From positions 1 through 29,651 of the IMG/VR virus record IMGVR_UViG_3300048693_000171: a stretch of 29,651 nucleotides of DNA. One strand, 5' to 3'. The position numbers were made by a program, and so were the translations under genes. The notes beneath the pieces are model-generated. The model was not told the origin of the DNA. It ran no database searches and was given only the letters and a program-made list of their open reading frames with translations. Source of the stretch: a virus. Its lineage: Duplodnaviria > Caudoviricetes. Below, in pieces: positions 7,035 to 14,117 of the stretch (within the stretch, counting starts at the first letter, position 1; each line of letters opens with the position of its first letter).

Positions 7035-7107
7035 GGGCGATTCGTATAGCGGTGATTATAGGGGACTTTTAATCCCACAGACCTAGGTTCGAGTCCTAGA
7101 TCGCCCA
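7035..7107 (+). tRNA. tRNA-Lys(TTT)
   Basis: GGGCGAT/ATCGCCC; GGGA-CT TTT AA-TCCC; CTAGG-TTCGAGT-CCTAG. Confidence 0.9.
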
Positions 7108-7691
7108 TTTAGATGAGACTGTAAAATATTTATACAATCTATAACATCTGTTTTTACTTTATTTGCTGTAAATCTTAAAACGATCCAACCGTTTTGTTTA
7201 CTAAAAAGATCTCTACGAGCATCTATTTTTTTTACTTTCTCTGAGAGGTGAGTAGCACCATCAATTTCGACATCTATTTTTTGCTCTGGCCAAGCAAAAT
7301 CATATTCATAAATACCATTTTGATAAGCGTATTGCCAACCGGTAATATTTGCTGAAATAAGAGCGTTTTCAAAAATCTGTTCTGGATAACTTTTTTTAGA
7401 AGAATGATTAATAAGATATGGAACTTTATCTGGATTATTAGTTAAATATTTAATTCTAGCTTTAGATATTTTAATCTTAGTTTCTTCAGAATGTTTTTGA
7501 CAACCACGACCCTTTTTATAAGCAATTTTATTAGCATCGGAATGATTTCTAGAGATAAAATCTCCACGTTCTTTGGCCTTAAAAAGACTAGCCTGAGCAA
7601 TACCAAATTCTTGTTGTATTTCTTTCCATGTGTGTCCAGCATCATAGAATGCTTGTACTTTATTCCAATTATATTTGGTTTTTCTAGGCAT
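7083..7691 (-). CDS. NUMOD3 + DUF559/Vsr-like endonuclease (putative homing endonuclease)
   Basis: KHSEETKxKIS (NUMOD3); YxxDF..VEIDGxxH..DxxRD..GWxVLRF. Confidence 0.85.
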   Translation of the reverse strand: MPRKTKYNWNKVQAFYDAGHTWKEIQQEFGIAQASLFKAKERGDFISRNHSDANKIAYKKGRGCQKHSEETKIKISKARIKYLTNNPDKVPYLINHSSKKSYPEQIFENALISANITGWQYAYQNGIYEYDFAWPEQKIDVEIDGATHLSEKVKKIDARRDLFSKQNGWIVLRFTANKVKTDVIDCINILQSHLNGRSRTRT

Positions 7692-7787
7692 AGTATTTAA
7701 CTTATGTTTAATAAATTAATTTAAGTTCGGCACACCACTATATAATACACTCGTTGGATAAAAAAACAAGAAAAATTTTCAATCTGC

Positions 7788-7815
7788 TTGACAACTAAGT
7801 TCGATGGTGTATGAT
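7788..7815 (+). promoter_or_regulatory. sigma70-like promoter
   Basis: TTGACA(7788)-16 bp-TATGAT(7810); AAGGAG follows. Confidence 0.6.
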
Positions 7816-7831
7816 AGGTGAAAAGGAGAAA

Positions 7832-8005
7832 ATGGCCATGTTCGATGATGATATTTATCTTGACTATGAAAGCATCGTAAATGATACTGATCCTCTGTAC
7901 GATGATGAGGAAAATTATAGCGATGATGAATATGATTATATGGATATTAATGAACGAGAATTTGATTCATACTATCATACTATAGCCAATGAATTAATTG
8001 ACTGA
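7832..8005 (+). CDS. very acidic Asp/Glu/Tyr-rich small protein
   Basis: AAGGAG RBS; start 7832 or 7838. Confidence 0.65.
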   Translation: MAMFDDDIYLDYESIVNDTDPLYDDEENYSDDEYDYMDINEREFDSYYHTIANELID

Positions 8006-8015
8006 TCTCCTCCCG

Positions 8016-8105
8016 ATGGGCGCAACTTGGTGGGACAAGTATTCTACTATTAATCATAACGATTATCTTTCCTTTTCTTAGTACGTTCGAATCGTACCGT
8101 CCATT
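8016..8105 (+). ncRNA. tRNA-like element with degenerate anticodon arm
   Basis: acceptor ATGGGCG/CGTCCAT; D-like ACTTG/CAAGT; perfect T-arm GTACG-TTCGAAT-CGTAC. Confidence 0.65.
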
Positions 8106-8108
8106 ATT

Positions 8109-8618
8109 ATGAATATTTTAGATCAGAATATTGAAGATGTTCGTAAGACTGCTGATGGAAAATATATTCAGGGTGCTAGCCACACATGCCATGTGCTAAA
8201 CCATAAGGCTAGAAATAAGATTATTATTAAAGCTATTTGTGATCTAAGAAAAATAGCAGACACTTTTGACAGTATCGCCTGCTGCGGTGTAAGTGGATTG
8301 ATGGTGGTTCCACAAATCGCAGAGTTACTCAACAAGAATATTGTTGTGGTAAGAAAGGGGGAACGATGCTATTCAGAGTTTCGTACCGAGGGAGCGGCCC
8401 CTTTTCAATATATTATATTAGACGATTTAATCTGTTCTGGTTCAACCGTAAAACACATTAAAAGAGTTATCAAGGATGAATACTCGCGTTCTCATTGTAT
8501 TGGCGTATACTGCTATCTGCCTAACGAATGTGCTTATCTTGCCAATGAGGACGGTTCTAAACTCTGCAAGCGTGATCTTGGGATTCCTCTCTTAAACCTA
8601 GACCACGAAAAGACTTAA
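8109..8618 (+). CDS. type I phosphoribosyltransferase
   Basis: IILDDLICSGST PRPP-binding loop; VVRK motif. Confidence 0.85.
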   Translation: MNILDQNIEDVRKTADGKYIQGASHTCHVLNHKARNKIIIKAICDLRKIADTFDSIACCGVSGLMVVPQIAELLNKNIVVVRKGERCYSEFRTEGAAPFQYIILDDLICSGSTVKHIKRVIKDEYSRSHCIGVYCYLPNECAYLANEDGSKLCKRDLGIPLLNLDHEKT

Positions 8619-8670
8619 GACTAATGCGGCCGGCCCGCCGAAACGTAACCCCTTACGCCATAATCACTTA
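8593..8670. repeat. 78-bp double-box repeat, copy 5
   Basis: TAAACCTAGACCACGAAAAGACTTA (8593) + 28 bp + TAACCCCTTACGCCATAATCACTTA (8646). Confidence 0.9.
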
Positions 8671-8700
8671 CGTCAAAAAATTTTTTCACAAGTTTTCCTG

Positions 8701-8728
8701 TTGACACGCCGATAACATACTGTAGAAT
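8701..8728 (+). promoter_or_regulatory. CCGATA-type promoter
   Basis: TTGACA(8701)-CCGATA(8709)-TAGAAT(8723). Confidence 0.8.
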
Positions 8729-8770
8729 GATAGCATACGAGTGAGAAGTTAACCACGAAGGAGTTTGATT

Positions 8771-9715
8771 ATGCCTGCTGCTGTTGAAAAGATGATGTTT
8801 GTTGGTGAAACGCCTTGGCATGGCCTTGGTAATAGCGTTGACGAAGGTATCACGGTCAATGATGCTATCGTTGCTGCTGGTTTGGATTGGGAAGTTGGTC
8901 TAAAGGACTTGCAGACCGTTGACGGTACGCCCGTGAACCATCGTGCAACCTATCGCAAGAGTGATGGTAGCATCCTTGGCGTTGTCGGCCCTCGTTATAC
9001 TCCCCTCCAGAATAAGGATGCGTTCGATTGGTTCCAGCCTTTTCTTGACGCTAACGAATGTTCGATCCACACTGCTGGGTCGCTGCATCTGGGTCAAAAG
9101 GTTTGGGTGCTTGCTCAACTCAACCGCGACAATAGCGAGATTGTTCCGGGTGATGAGGTTAGTAAGTTTATCCTGCTGAGTAATAGTCATGACGGTACAA
9201 CGGCTATTCGTGTCGGATACACTCCGATTCGCGTGGTCTGCGTGAACACGCTGTCATATGCTCACAAGCATACTAACAGTCAACTGATTCGTATTCGTCA
9301 TACTCGCTCCAGCCAGAAGAATCTGGATCAGGTTCGGGATATTATGGATAATATTAATGCTGGTTTTGAGGCTACTGCGGAACAGTATCGATTCCTTGCT
9401 AGTAAGACTTTTAACCAGAAGGATATTGAGAAGTATGTTAAAGTTGTACTGAATATTAAGGGTGCTGATGAGGATATCAAGACTCGTACCCGTAATATTA
9501 TGGATGATATTCTCGCCCGTATCGAAGGCCCGAAGCAGACTGCGGCTAATGTTCGCGGTACTTGGTGGGCAGCGTATAATGGATTCAATGAATATCTGAA
9601 CTATGGTAAGGGTCGCACGACCGACAACCGACTCGATAGCCTCTGGTTCGGACAAAACGCTAACGAGAATAATAAGGCTCTTGAATCTGCTCTGGAGTTT
9701 GCTAACGCGGTCTAA
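8771..9715 (+). CDS. DUF932 / TIGR03299 phage-plasmid-like protein
   Basis: PWHGLG, LGVVGxRYxPLQN, TAGSL, NSHDG, TPIRVVCxNTL, GTxWxAYN motifs; AAGGAG RBS. Confidence 0.9.
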   Translation: MPAAVEKMMFVGETPWHGLGNSVDEGITVNDAIVAAGLDWEVGLKDLQTVDGTPVNHRATYRKSDGSILGVVGPRYTPLQNKDAFDWFQPFLDANECSIHTAGSLHLGQKVWVLAQLNRDNSEIVPGDEVSKFILLSNSHDGTTAIRVGYTPIRVVCVNTLSYAHKHTNSQLIRIRHTRSSQKNLDQVRDIMDNINAGFEATAEQYRFLASKTFNQKDIEKYVKVVLNIKGADEDIKTRTRNIMDDILARIEGPKQTAANVRGTWWAAYNGFNEYLNYGKGRTTDNRLDSLWFGQNANENNKALESALEFANAV

Positions 9716-9741
9716 TCTTTCTTCTTCGTGATGGTTAATAT

Positions 9742-9785
9742 GAGGGGGTCGTGGCTAGGAAACAGGCTGCGACCCTCTCTTTTTT
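9742..9785 (+). terminator. rho-independent terminator
   Basis: GAGGGGGTCGTGGC...GCTGCGACCCTCTC followed by a T-run. Confidence 0.85.
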
Positions 9786-9804
9786 ATTTGTCTAAGATTT
9801 GACG

Positions 9805-9882
9805 TAAGTGCTTACCACATAAGGACTTACGATTCGGCCGGCCCGCCAATTTCGTCCTAAGTTTAGTAGCCACAAGGACTTA
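9805..9882. repeat. 78-bp double-box repeat, copy 6
   Basis: TAAGTGCTTACCACATAAGGACTTA (9805) + 28 bp + TAAGTTTAGTAGCCACAAGGACTTA (9858). Confidence 0.9.
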
Positions 9883-9917
9883 CATCTAAATCTAGCCAGT
9901 TATCTAAAGTTGCGTCA

Positions 9918-9946
9918 TGGACATTTGTCCTAAGTGCCGATACAAT
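9918..9946 (+). promoter_or_regulatory. promoter with CCGATA overlapping the -10
   Basis: TGGACA(9918)-17 bp-TACAAT(9941); CCGATA at 9937. Confidence 0.5.
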
Positions 9947-9952
9947 GGAGTG

Positions 9953-9977
9953 TAAGCCTAGTGGTGGTATGGGTTTA
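9953..9977. repeat. single 25-bp box
   Basis: TAAGCCTAGTGGTGGTATGGGTTTA. Confidence 0.5.
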
Positions 9978-10045
9978 GATAAGATTTAGATTTGACTTAT
10001 GACTCGTCTACCAATCCTAAGTAGATTATAAGTCTTAGATTTTTC

Positions 10046-10097
10046 TTGTATCAGCCTAACCACCGGGTTTGCGGTCGTGGCGATAGTCAGCCAAAAA
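10046..10097. repeat. family-2 repeat, copy 3
   Basis: TTGTATC(10046)..CGGGTTT..AGTCAGCCAAAA(10085). Confidence 0.8.
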
Positions 10098-10132
10098 TTA
10101 GTGTCCTTTGAAATGGTGCAGGAAAAAGTTGT

Positions 10133-10306
10133 ATGAGAATTGTAAAGATTACTATGGAATTAGTTATAGATGATTTAGAGTGTGTTGATCCTTATCCTGA
10201 CTATGGTGCTATTGCTCATTATCTTACTAATAAATTGTATAGTGATCCTGAATTCTTTGGGGATTTTAGTCCTGAGAATATTATTAGTGTTGGAGAATTT
10301 GAATAG
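10133..10306 (+). CDS. small acidic hypothetical protein (57 aa, not in track)
   Basis: AGGA RBS; MRIVKITMELVIDDLECVDPYPD... Confidence 0.65.
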   Translation: MRIVKITMELVIDDLECVDPYPDYGAIAHYLTNKLYSDPEFFGDFSPENIISVGEFE

Positions 10307-10349
10307 CACAATAGTTACAAGACTCGTGATCAATAGTCACATCTGATCC

Positions 10350-10374
10350 TAAGTCGAGTAACACCAAGGGTTTG
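10350..10374. repeat. single 25-bp box
   Basis: TAAGTCGAGTAACACCAAGGGTTTG. Confidence 0.5.
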
Positions 10375-10449
10375 CGTGTTGCTACCCATATGGTATAATG
10401 GACGAGTGGTGCGGTCAACAGCCTTCTTACTCTGTGGAGATTTTATTAT

Positions 10450-10527
10450 ATGACGTATATTATTATTCTTAGCGCCTGTGTGGGTATTGTTAGTTCTTAT
10501 AGGGAACTGGTAGGTAATACTTACTAA
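10450..10527 (+). CDS. 25-aa hydrophobic peptide
   Basis: GGAGA RBS; MTYIIILSACVGIVSSY... Confidence 0.4.
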   Translation: MTYIIILSACVGIVSSYRELVGNTY

Positions 10528-10773
10528 GTACTAAGAGTAGTATATCGCCCCCTCTGCATAATATATAACCTGTAACTACTATTTGTCAACAAGAAAAATT
10601 TTCTCCAACCGCCTTTGAGAAATATTTATAAAAGAGGATTAAGAATTTTCTTGTGATTATTAGTGGTTTGATAGAGAATAGTCCACGGTCTACTATAGGA
10701 TAGTCTGGAACCCACAGAGACCCGTTGCAGAGGCTCAGAATTGCTCCGGATCGGCCAATATTTAATTCTTTCA

Positions 10774-10858
10774 GGAGAGATGGCAGAGTGGTTTAATGCA
10801 CCGGTTTACTAAACCGACGAACTGAAAAGTTCCGGGGGTTCGAATCCCTCTCTCTCCG
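10774..10858 (+). tRNA. tRNA-Ser with ACT anticodon
   Basis: GGAGAGA/TCTCTCC; CGGT-TT ACT AA-ACCG; long variable arm GAAC/GTTC; G73. Confidence 0.9.
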
Positions 10859-10879
10859 TTTATATTATTAGGGGTAATT

Positions 10880-10930
10880 TTGTCTTACCCAATATAACCG
10901 GTTCGGATTTATGGATACAGTCAGCCAAAA
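10880..10930. repeat. family-2 repeat, copy 4
   Basis: TTGTCTT(10880)..AGTCAGCCAAAA(10919). Confidence 0.75.
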
Positions 10931-10941
10931 TAGTCACAGAA

Positions 10942-10992
10942 TTGTCTCAGCCCTTGTATCGGGATCGTTTTTGTGGTTGTAGTCAGTCAGAT
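10942..10992. repeat. family-2 repeat, copy 5
   Basis: TTGTCTC(10942)..AGTCAGTCAGA(10981). Confidence 0.7.
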
Positions 10993-11063
10993 TAGATGAT
11001 CTTTAAGAATACTTTTTTGACTTTGCGAAATCGGCCACTATCATAATGTAATGAGGGATGGAA

Positions 11064-11114
11064 TTGTCACACTCCATCTTGTCTATTCGGTTTTATGGGA
11101 ACAGTCAGTCAAAA
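11064..11114. repeat. family-2 repeat, copy 6
   Basis: TTGTCAC(11064)..AGTCAGTCAAAA(11103). Confidence 0.7.
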
Positions 11115-11226
11115 TGATACTATTGGCACAAACGGTAACTATTGTTAAGAAACCACTTTGTTCATGATGATATATCCAGACTAATAGTTTGTGGTGGCAT
11201 CCTATATTTTATTATGAGATATTTTG

Positions 11227-11355
11227 ATGGAACATAATGATTTGGGATATCTGAAAGATTATGGCCGGTGGATACTATCAGGACTATTAATATTATATGG
11301 TATGTTATTCTCTTTTCTGCATAAAGATCTGGAGATAGATAGTGATGATACTTGA
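11227..11355 (+). CDS. 42-aa single-TM peptide
   Basis: WILSGLLILYGMLFSFL; chained to next ORFs. Confidence 0.45.
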   Translation: MEHNDLGYLKDYGRWILSGLLILYGMLFSFLHKDLEIDSDDT

Positions 11356-11431
11356 AACCCTAGCGTCTTGTTGCATGATTCTATTCTCCATTTTTTGTAT
11401 ATACTCATTCGTAACTCTATCAAGGTTCTAA
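11345..11431 (+). CDS. 28-aa hydrophobic peptide
   Basis: MILETLASCCMILFSIFCIYSFVTLSRF. Confidence 0.4.
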   Translation: MILETLASCCMILFSIFCIYSFVTLSRF

Positions 11432-11432
11432 A

Positions 11433-11609
11433 ATGAAAACCTCAGAATTTCATATCCCTTTCATAAAAAGCCTCCTAATAGTATCACTAGTCACCATACT
11501 ATGTATGCTTTCTGCTCCATATTTTGTGGATAAACTATATTTCATGACGGGCAAGACCCAGGTTTTTACCACAATACAATCTGATGTTTCCATGGAATCT
11601 AACGATTAA
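11433..11609 (+). CDS. 58-aa single-TM peptide
   Basis: SLLIVSLVTILCMLSAPYFV; 1-nt gap after previous stop. Confidence 0.5.
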   Translation: MKTSEFHIPFIKSLLIVSLVTILCMLSAPYFVDKLYFMTGKTQVFTTIQSDVSMESND

Positions 11610-11793
11610 ACTCTTTTCTGCATCAATTCTTTCACAAAATTTCGGTAAATTTACTTATTAAATTGGCCCGTGGTAAAAATGATTAAAGACCACATTAGGA
11701 AAAGGCCGATAATCCCTCTTGACAACCCATACTTATCCGGTATATTCTGCTATAGTGACTAGTGGGATTTTTCTTAATATTGATCGGGAAAAT

Positions 11794-11979
11794 ATGTATA
11801 AACAGATTCTATTAACCGACAAGGAACTAGAACTTTTAGCCTCTATAATTCGATATTATATTGGTGAAAAACTGGACAATCCCGGCTTTGAATATCATAA
11901 TGCTCATATTCTATTACGTCATTTAATTGGCAAGAAACCATCCGAAAACAATAATCAAATATCCTTTTATGGCAAATGA
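11794..11979 (+). CDS. hypothetical protein
   Basis: start MYKQ; promoter TTGACA(11719)/TATATT(11741) upstream. Confidence 0.65.
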   Translation: MYKQILLTDKELELLASIIRYYIGEKLDNPGFEYHNAHILLRHLIGKKPSENNNQISFYGK

Positions 11980-12226
11980 CCCACAAATGAACAAAGAATC
12001 AAATTCCGATAGTTTCCACAAATATGCTCTTAGTGTTGCCGACTATATTGATGCTGAATATGGTGACTCAGAGTTTGATGGGTTGAACGAAGACGAAAAA
12101 CAAACCATTTATAATATGATGGTGGCTCATTATCATTATGATCGTTGTGTTAGTAATGTGGCTAATAAAATTGTTAGTTATCTTAGAATTAGTAGGTCTT
12201 ATAATAAGGAGAATGTTAATGACTAG
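11969..12226 (+). CDS. hypothetical protein
   Basis: operon packing; weak resemblance to 25919 ORF. Confidence 0.65.
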   Translation: MANDPQMNKESNSDSFHKYALSVADYIDAEYGDSEFDGLNEDEKQTIYNMMVAHYHYDRCVSNVANKIVSYLRISRSYNKENVND

Positions 12227-12392
12227 TTATGGGGTTGTTGAGCAGAATGGTAAGTTTGTGGTTACTAAAAACGGCCAACCTATCAATCTTCCTAGTAGCA
12301 GCGGATCGTCTATTGTTACGGTCTTTGATACTAAGAGTGATGCTGAGAGGTATTTGGGTATTTTGAAAAATTTGACCAAATCAAAGCGATGA
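12219..12392 (+). CDS. hypothetical protein
   Basis: TAAGGAG RBS; start MTSYG. Confidence 0.65.
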   Translation: MTSYGVVEQNGKFVVTKNGQPINLPSSSGSSIVTVFDTKSDAERYLGILKNLTKSKR

Positions 12393-12595
12393 AAAAATTT
12401 ACCTACTCCAGCGACTATCTAAACTTTCATATCATTCAAGATATGTACGGGGGATTTACTGATAATTTAACCAGTTATGAGTTTGGACTTATATTTGGGC
12501 CAACAAAGAATGTTGTTAATCCTCCTATAACTAGAGAAGAATTAAAGGGGTTGGCCGATTTCATCTATAATACTATTGGTGAAAATAATGACTAA
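12389..12595 (+). CDS. hypothetical protein
   Basis: ATGA overlap. Confidence 0.65.
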   Translation: MKKFTYSSDYLNFHIIQDMYGGFTDNLTSYEFGLIFGPTKNVVNPPITREELKGLADFIYNTIGENND

Positions 12596-12728
12596 ATATA
12601 GAATTAGATTCCAAGATCATTTTATGCAAAAGCATTATGAGACTCTCATTAAGAATGGATACCATTGGAAAACGGCCGAAAGTAAAACTCTGAAAACTTT
12701 TAACGAGTATGATGGAGAAAAGAAATGA
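12588..12728 (+). CDS. hypothetical protein (46 aa, not in track)
   Basis: fills gap and overlaps both neighbours. Confidence 0.55.
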   Translation: MTKYRIRFQDHFMQKHYETLIKNGYHWKTAESKTLKTFNEYDGEKK

Positions 12729-12970
12729 AATATATTTATATATTATTATTACTATCTATTTCTCCTAATAATAGTTATATCAATTATAATAAACCTTGTG
12801 GGCAACATTATACCTTAGAACAAAATACTCCAGTATGGTTTTGTATTCCAGATCAATTATGCTGGACAAAAGGAAAAGTGATATATTTATGGGGATACTA
12901 TCCTATTATATCTAGTAATCATGGTTTAATAAATTTTAATGATGTTATATGGGAAACTAAATATGAATGA
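12725..12970 (+). CDS. hypothetical protein
   Basis: ATGA overlap; hydrophobic N-terminus. Confidence 0.55.
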   Translation: MKYIYILLLLSISPNNSYINYNKPCGQHYTLEQNTPVWFCIPDQLCWTKGKVIYLWGYYPIISSNHGLINFNDVIWETKYE

Positions 12971-13055
12971 ATTATACTTTTGGTATACTATTCAATTTAT
13001 TGCTATTGGTATCACTGCTTATGCGACATTTAAAAAATACGGAGCCAATAAATGA
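12963..13055 (+). CDS. 30-aa hydrophobic peptide (not in track)
   Basis: fills gap; ATGA overlap with next ORF. Confidence 0.5.
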   Translation: MNELYFWYTIQFIAIGITAYATFKKYGANK

Positions 13056-13297
13056 CTGTTGGAGAACTTATTTCTAATTTACAAATGTATGACTCTAATA
13101 TGAGAGTTGTTGTTGATGGATACGAAGATGGTTGTGATGATCCTAAGCTGAAAATAACAGACGTTGTTTTTGATTCTAATTGGACTGGTAGTGAAAAAAT
13201 TCATGATTGGAGTGGTAGGCATGATTATGCTGATGAGCTTTCATTACTGAGTAATACTAAACACATTTCTACTAAAGCAATATTGGTGGGTCGATGA
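13052..13297 (+). CDS. hypothetical protein, paralog of 316..540
   Basis: shared N-terminal motif. Confidence 0.75.
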   Translation: MTVGELISNLQMYDSNMRVVVDGYEDGCDDPKLKITDVVFDSNWTGSEKIHDWSGRHDYADELSLLSNTKHISTKAILVGR

Positions 13298-13602
13298 AAG
13301 TCTACGCTATAATTTCTGAACATGGTGCTTGTTCTATTCGTGAAGAATTAGAGATGATTTGTGCATCTAGAGAGGTTGCAGAATCATATATAGATGCAAA
13401 AGATAGTTATTGGAGAAATGCTCATATTGAGGAAATGGAAATTGTTGATAAAATGTGGGGTAGGCCAGAAGGTAATGAACTTATTTGGGGTCGTTTAATT
13501 CTCAGGATGGTTGGAGTGCATAAGTTTAAAAAGGTGGCCTATTTCGACAACTATAACGATGCTAATAGGGCTTTCTATGAATGGTTGGAGGAGAATAAAT
13601 GA
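13294..13602 (+). CDS. hypothetical protein
   Basis: ATGA overlaps. Confidence 0.7.
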   Translation: MKVYAIISEHGACSIREELEMICASREVAESYIDAKDSYWRNAHIEEMEIVDKMWGRPEGNELIWGRLILRMVGVHKFKKVAYFDNYNDANRAFYEWLEENK

Positions 13603-13892
13603 ATAAACTAGATTTAGATGATCTAAAAAGTGTGCTAAATGACCAGTTTGACCTTATTCAAAGATTTGGTAAAATGCCTGTGTCTAGTTTGGAAAATTGG
13701 AAAGAATATCAGAGTATTTATCAAGATATTTTAGAATGTAATAAAGTAATGATGGAGATAGTTTGTGGGTTTTATGGTCAAACTGATCCTAAAGCATGGA
13801 ATTATTCTAGGGCAATATTGGGGCTTAATGAAAATGGTGAACCTATTATGTATGATAGTTGGGGGGAAAAGAAAAGAAATGAAATTCTCTAA
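13599..13892 (+). CDS. hypothetical protein, paralog of 17746..17967
   Basis: identical IYQDILECNKVMMEI. Confidence 0.75.
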   Translation: MNKLDLDDLKSVLNDQFDLIQRFGKMPVSSLENWKEYQSIYQDILECNKVMMEIVCGFYGQTDPKAWNYSRAILGLNENGEPIMYDSWGEKKRNEIL

Positions 13893-14109
13893 ACAACAAA
13901 CAGAAGATACTATTATTACTAAAGATATGCTTGAAAGTATGGCTAAACAAGAGTTTATAGAGTTTTTAACTAGTCAATATAAACAGTATCAGAAAAATAT
14001 ACAACCAATATGGGTGGGAGAAGGATGGTATAAGAGCGTACCAAACTCTTTTAATTATTTTGTGGGCGGATTTGAAGCAGGAATGAAGTACGCGAAGGAG
14101 GGCGGATAA
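13879..14109 (+). CDS. hypothetical protein
   Basis: start MKFSK; GFxAGM tail also in 17964 ORF. Confidence 0.65.
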   Translation: MKFSKQQTEDTIITKDMLESMAKQEFIEFLTSQYKQYQKNIQPIWVGEGWYKSVPNSFNYFVGGFEAGMKYAKEGG

Positions 14110-14117
14110 AGTTTTAT

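Noticed and set aside
1414-9882. Double-box repeats as a CRISPR array
   Set aside because: Copies are degenerate, 0.9-2.8 kb apart and separated by whole genes; no cas genes are present
1414-9882. Double-box repeats as integron attC sites or terminators
   Set aside because: No RYYYAAC/GTTRRRY ends; the GC cores do not form a consistent hairpin followed directly by a U-tract
10560-10589. Leftward promoter (TTGACA on minus strand)
   Set aside because: Ambiguous -10 and no downstream ORF or RNA identified
10685-10725. Small three-way junction upstream of tRNA-Ser(ACT) as a hammerhead or HDV-like ribozyme
   Set aside because: No CTGAnGA/GAAA core and no nested double pseudoknot found
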